Assembly: GCF_963921235.1 (NCBI RefSeq)
Contig: NC_086101.1
Span: 10,108,001-10,172,000, forward strand
Source: Mobula hypostoma
Lineage: Eukaryota
Direction: 5' to 3'
Length of the DNA: 64,000 nucleotides
Part shown: piece by piece, positions 62,300 through 64,000 of the stretch
How the letters are laid out: the number at the start of each line of letters is the position of its first letter
How positions within the stretch are numbered: position 1 is the first letter of the stretch
The notes under the pieces: generated by a model
What the model was told of the DNA's origin: nothing
Seen by the model: only the letters and a program-made list of their open reading frames with translations
Databases searched by the model: none
Program-made: the position numbers and the translations under genes

Positions 62300-64000
62300 G
62301 TGAGCATCTGGGGGACAGTGACCACGGCGCCCTGGCCTTTAGCATTATCATGGAAAATGATAGAATCAGAGAGGACAGGAAAATTTTTAATTGGGTAAGG
62401 GCAAATTATGAGGCTATAAGGCTAGAAATTGCGGGTGTGAATTGGGATGATGTTTTTGCAGGGAAATATACTACGGACATGTGGTCGATGTTTAAGGATC
62501 TCTTGCACAATGTTAAAGATTAATTTGTCCGGTGAGGAAGATATAGAATGGTAGGGTGAATGAACTATGGGTGACAAATGAGGTGGAAAATCTAGTCAGG
62601 TGGAAGATGGCAGCATACATGAGGTTTTGGAAGCAAGGATCAGATGGGTCTATTGAGGAATATAGGGAAGCAAGAAAGGAGCTTAAGAAGGGGCTGAGAA
62701 GAGCAAGAGAGGGCATGAGAAGGGCTTGGCGAGTAGGGTAAAGGAAAACCCCAAGGCATTCTTCAATTATGTGAAGAACAAAAGGATGGCAGGAGTGAAG
62801 GTAGGACCGATTAGAGATAAAGCTGGAAAGATGTTCCTGGAGGCTGTGGAAGTGAGTGAGGTTCTAAATGAATACTTCTCTTCGGTATTCACCAATGAGA
62901 GGGAACTTGATGATGGTGAGGACAATATGAGTGAGGTTGATGTTCTGGAGCATGTTGATATTAAGGGAGAGGAGGTGTTGGAGTTGTTAAAATATATTAG
63001 GACAGATAGGTCCCTGGGGCCTGATGGAATATTCCTCAGGCTGCTCCACGAGGCAAGGGAAGAGATTGCTGAACCTCCCCTTGCCTCGTGGAGCAGCCTG
63101 GGGAACATTCCCGTGGACAACGAGGACATAAAGATCCTAACCAATGTTACCAGAGGATTGGAGGGAGGTGAATATTGTCCCCTTCTTCAAAAAAGATAGT
63201 AGGGATAGTCCGGGTAATTATAGACCAGTGAACCTTATATTTCTGGTGGGAAAGCTGTTGGAAAAGAGTCTTAGAGATGGGATCTATGGGCATTTAGAGA
63301 ATTATGGTCTGATCAGGGACAGTTAGCATGGCTTTGTGAAGGGCAGATCATGTCTAACAAGCCTGATAGAGTTCTTTGAGGAGGTGACCAGGCACATAGG
63401 TGAGGGTAGTGCAGTGGATGTGATCTATATGGATTTTAGTAAGGCATTTGACAAGGTTCCACACGGTAGGCTTATTCAGAAAGTCAGAAGGCATGGGATC
63501 CAGGGAAGTTTGGCCAGGTGGATTCAGAATTGGCTTGCCTGCAGAAGGCAGAGTGTCATGGTGGAGGGAGTACATTCGGATTAGAGGGTTGTGACTAGTG
63601 GTGTCCCACAAGGATCTGTTCTGGGAGCTCCACTTTTCGTGATTTTTATTAACGACCTGGATGTGGGGATAGAAGGGTGGGTTGGCAAGTTTGAAGATGA
63701 CACAAAGATTGGTGGTGTTGTGGATAGCGTAGAGGATTGTTGAGGATTGCAGAGAGACATTGATAGGATGCAGAAGTGGGCTGAGAAGTGGCAGATGGAG
63801 TTCAACCCGGGTGGTACACTTTGAAAGGACAAACTCCAAGACAGAATACAAAGTAAATGGCAGGATACTTGGTAGTGTGGAGGAGCACAGGTTATCTGGG
63901 GTTACATGTCCACAGATCCGTGAAAGTTGCCTCACAGGTGGATAGGGTAGTTAAGAAAGCTTATGGGGTGTTAGCTTTCATAAGTCGAGGGATAGAGTTT

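Larger units (their letters stand above)
48336..64000 (+). repeat. Tandem segmental duplication, copy 2 (runs off the window)
   Basis: Shared unique and repeat junctions; position 64000 corresponds to about 47774. Confidence 0.9.

Noticed and set aside
1..64000. Hundreds of 60-190 aa ORFs in the supplied track
   Set aside because: Nearly all are antisense or off-frame readings of LINE sequence or microsatellites, and many start at GTG/TTG; no independent gene evidence
30139..64000. Duplication as a haplotype assembly artefact
   Set aside because: The copies differ by several independent insertions, deletions, an inversion and many substitutions, more than expected for alleles; read-level confirmation is still needed

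Overview
Eukaryotic, repeat-dominated genomic DNA. The TRIM sequence and repeat families point to a cartilaginous fish, probably a ray (inference). Most of the window is nested retroelements: many CR1 LINEs, plus Rex1/Babar, Tx1, RTE-like, Neptune-type Penelope, tRNA-derived SINEs and a Gmr1-like Gypsy LTR element. Host content is (i) a minus-strand RING/B-box/coiled-coil TRIM gene with five coding exons (7636-10564) and a +1 frameshift in exon 1, (ii) a separate decayed PRY-SPRY/B30.2 exon (26315-26804), and (iii) a CpG-rich IRF/NF-kB/ETS promoter-like block present twice. The right half is an approximately 18 kb tandem duplication (30139-48335 and 48336 to beyond 64000) whose copies diverged by independent insertions, deletions and an inversion. 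The most notable non-coding signals are minimal hammerhead ribozyme motifs in Penelope-derived repeats (one is a TSD-flanked hairpin with a ribozyme on each strand), an HDV-like ribozyme fold at 33570-33684, and a twin-priming-type CR1 inversion. I cannot support a wholly new biological system: these are known classes in possibly undescribed instances. All alignments were done by eye and boundaries of old repeats are approximate.
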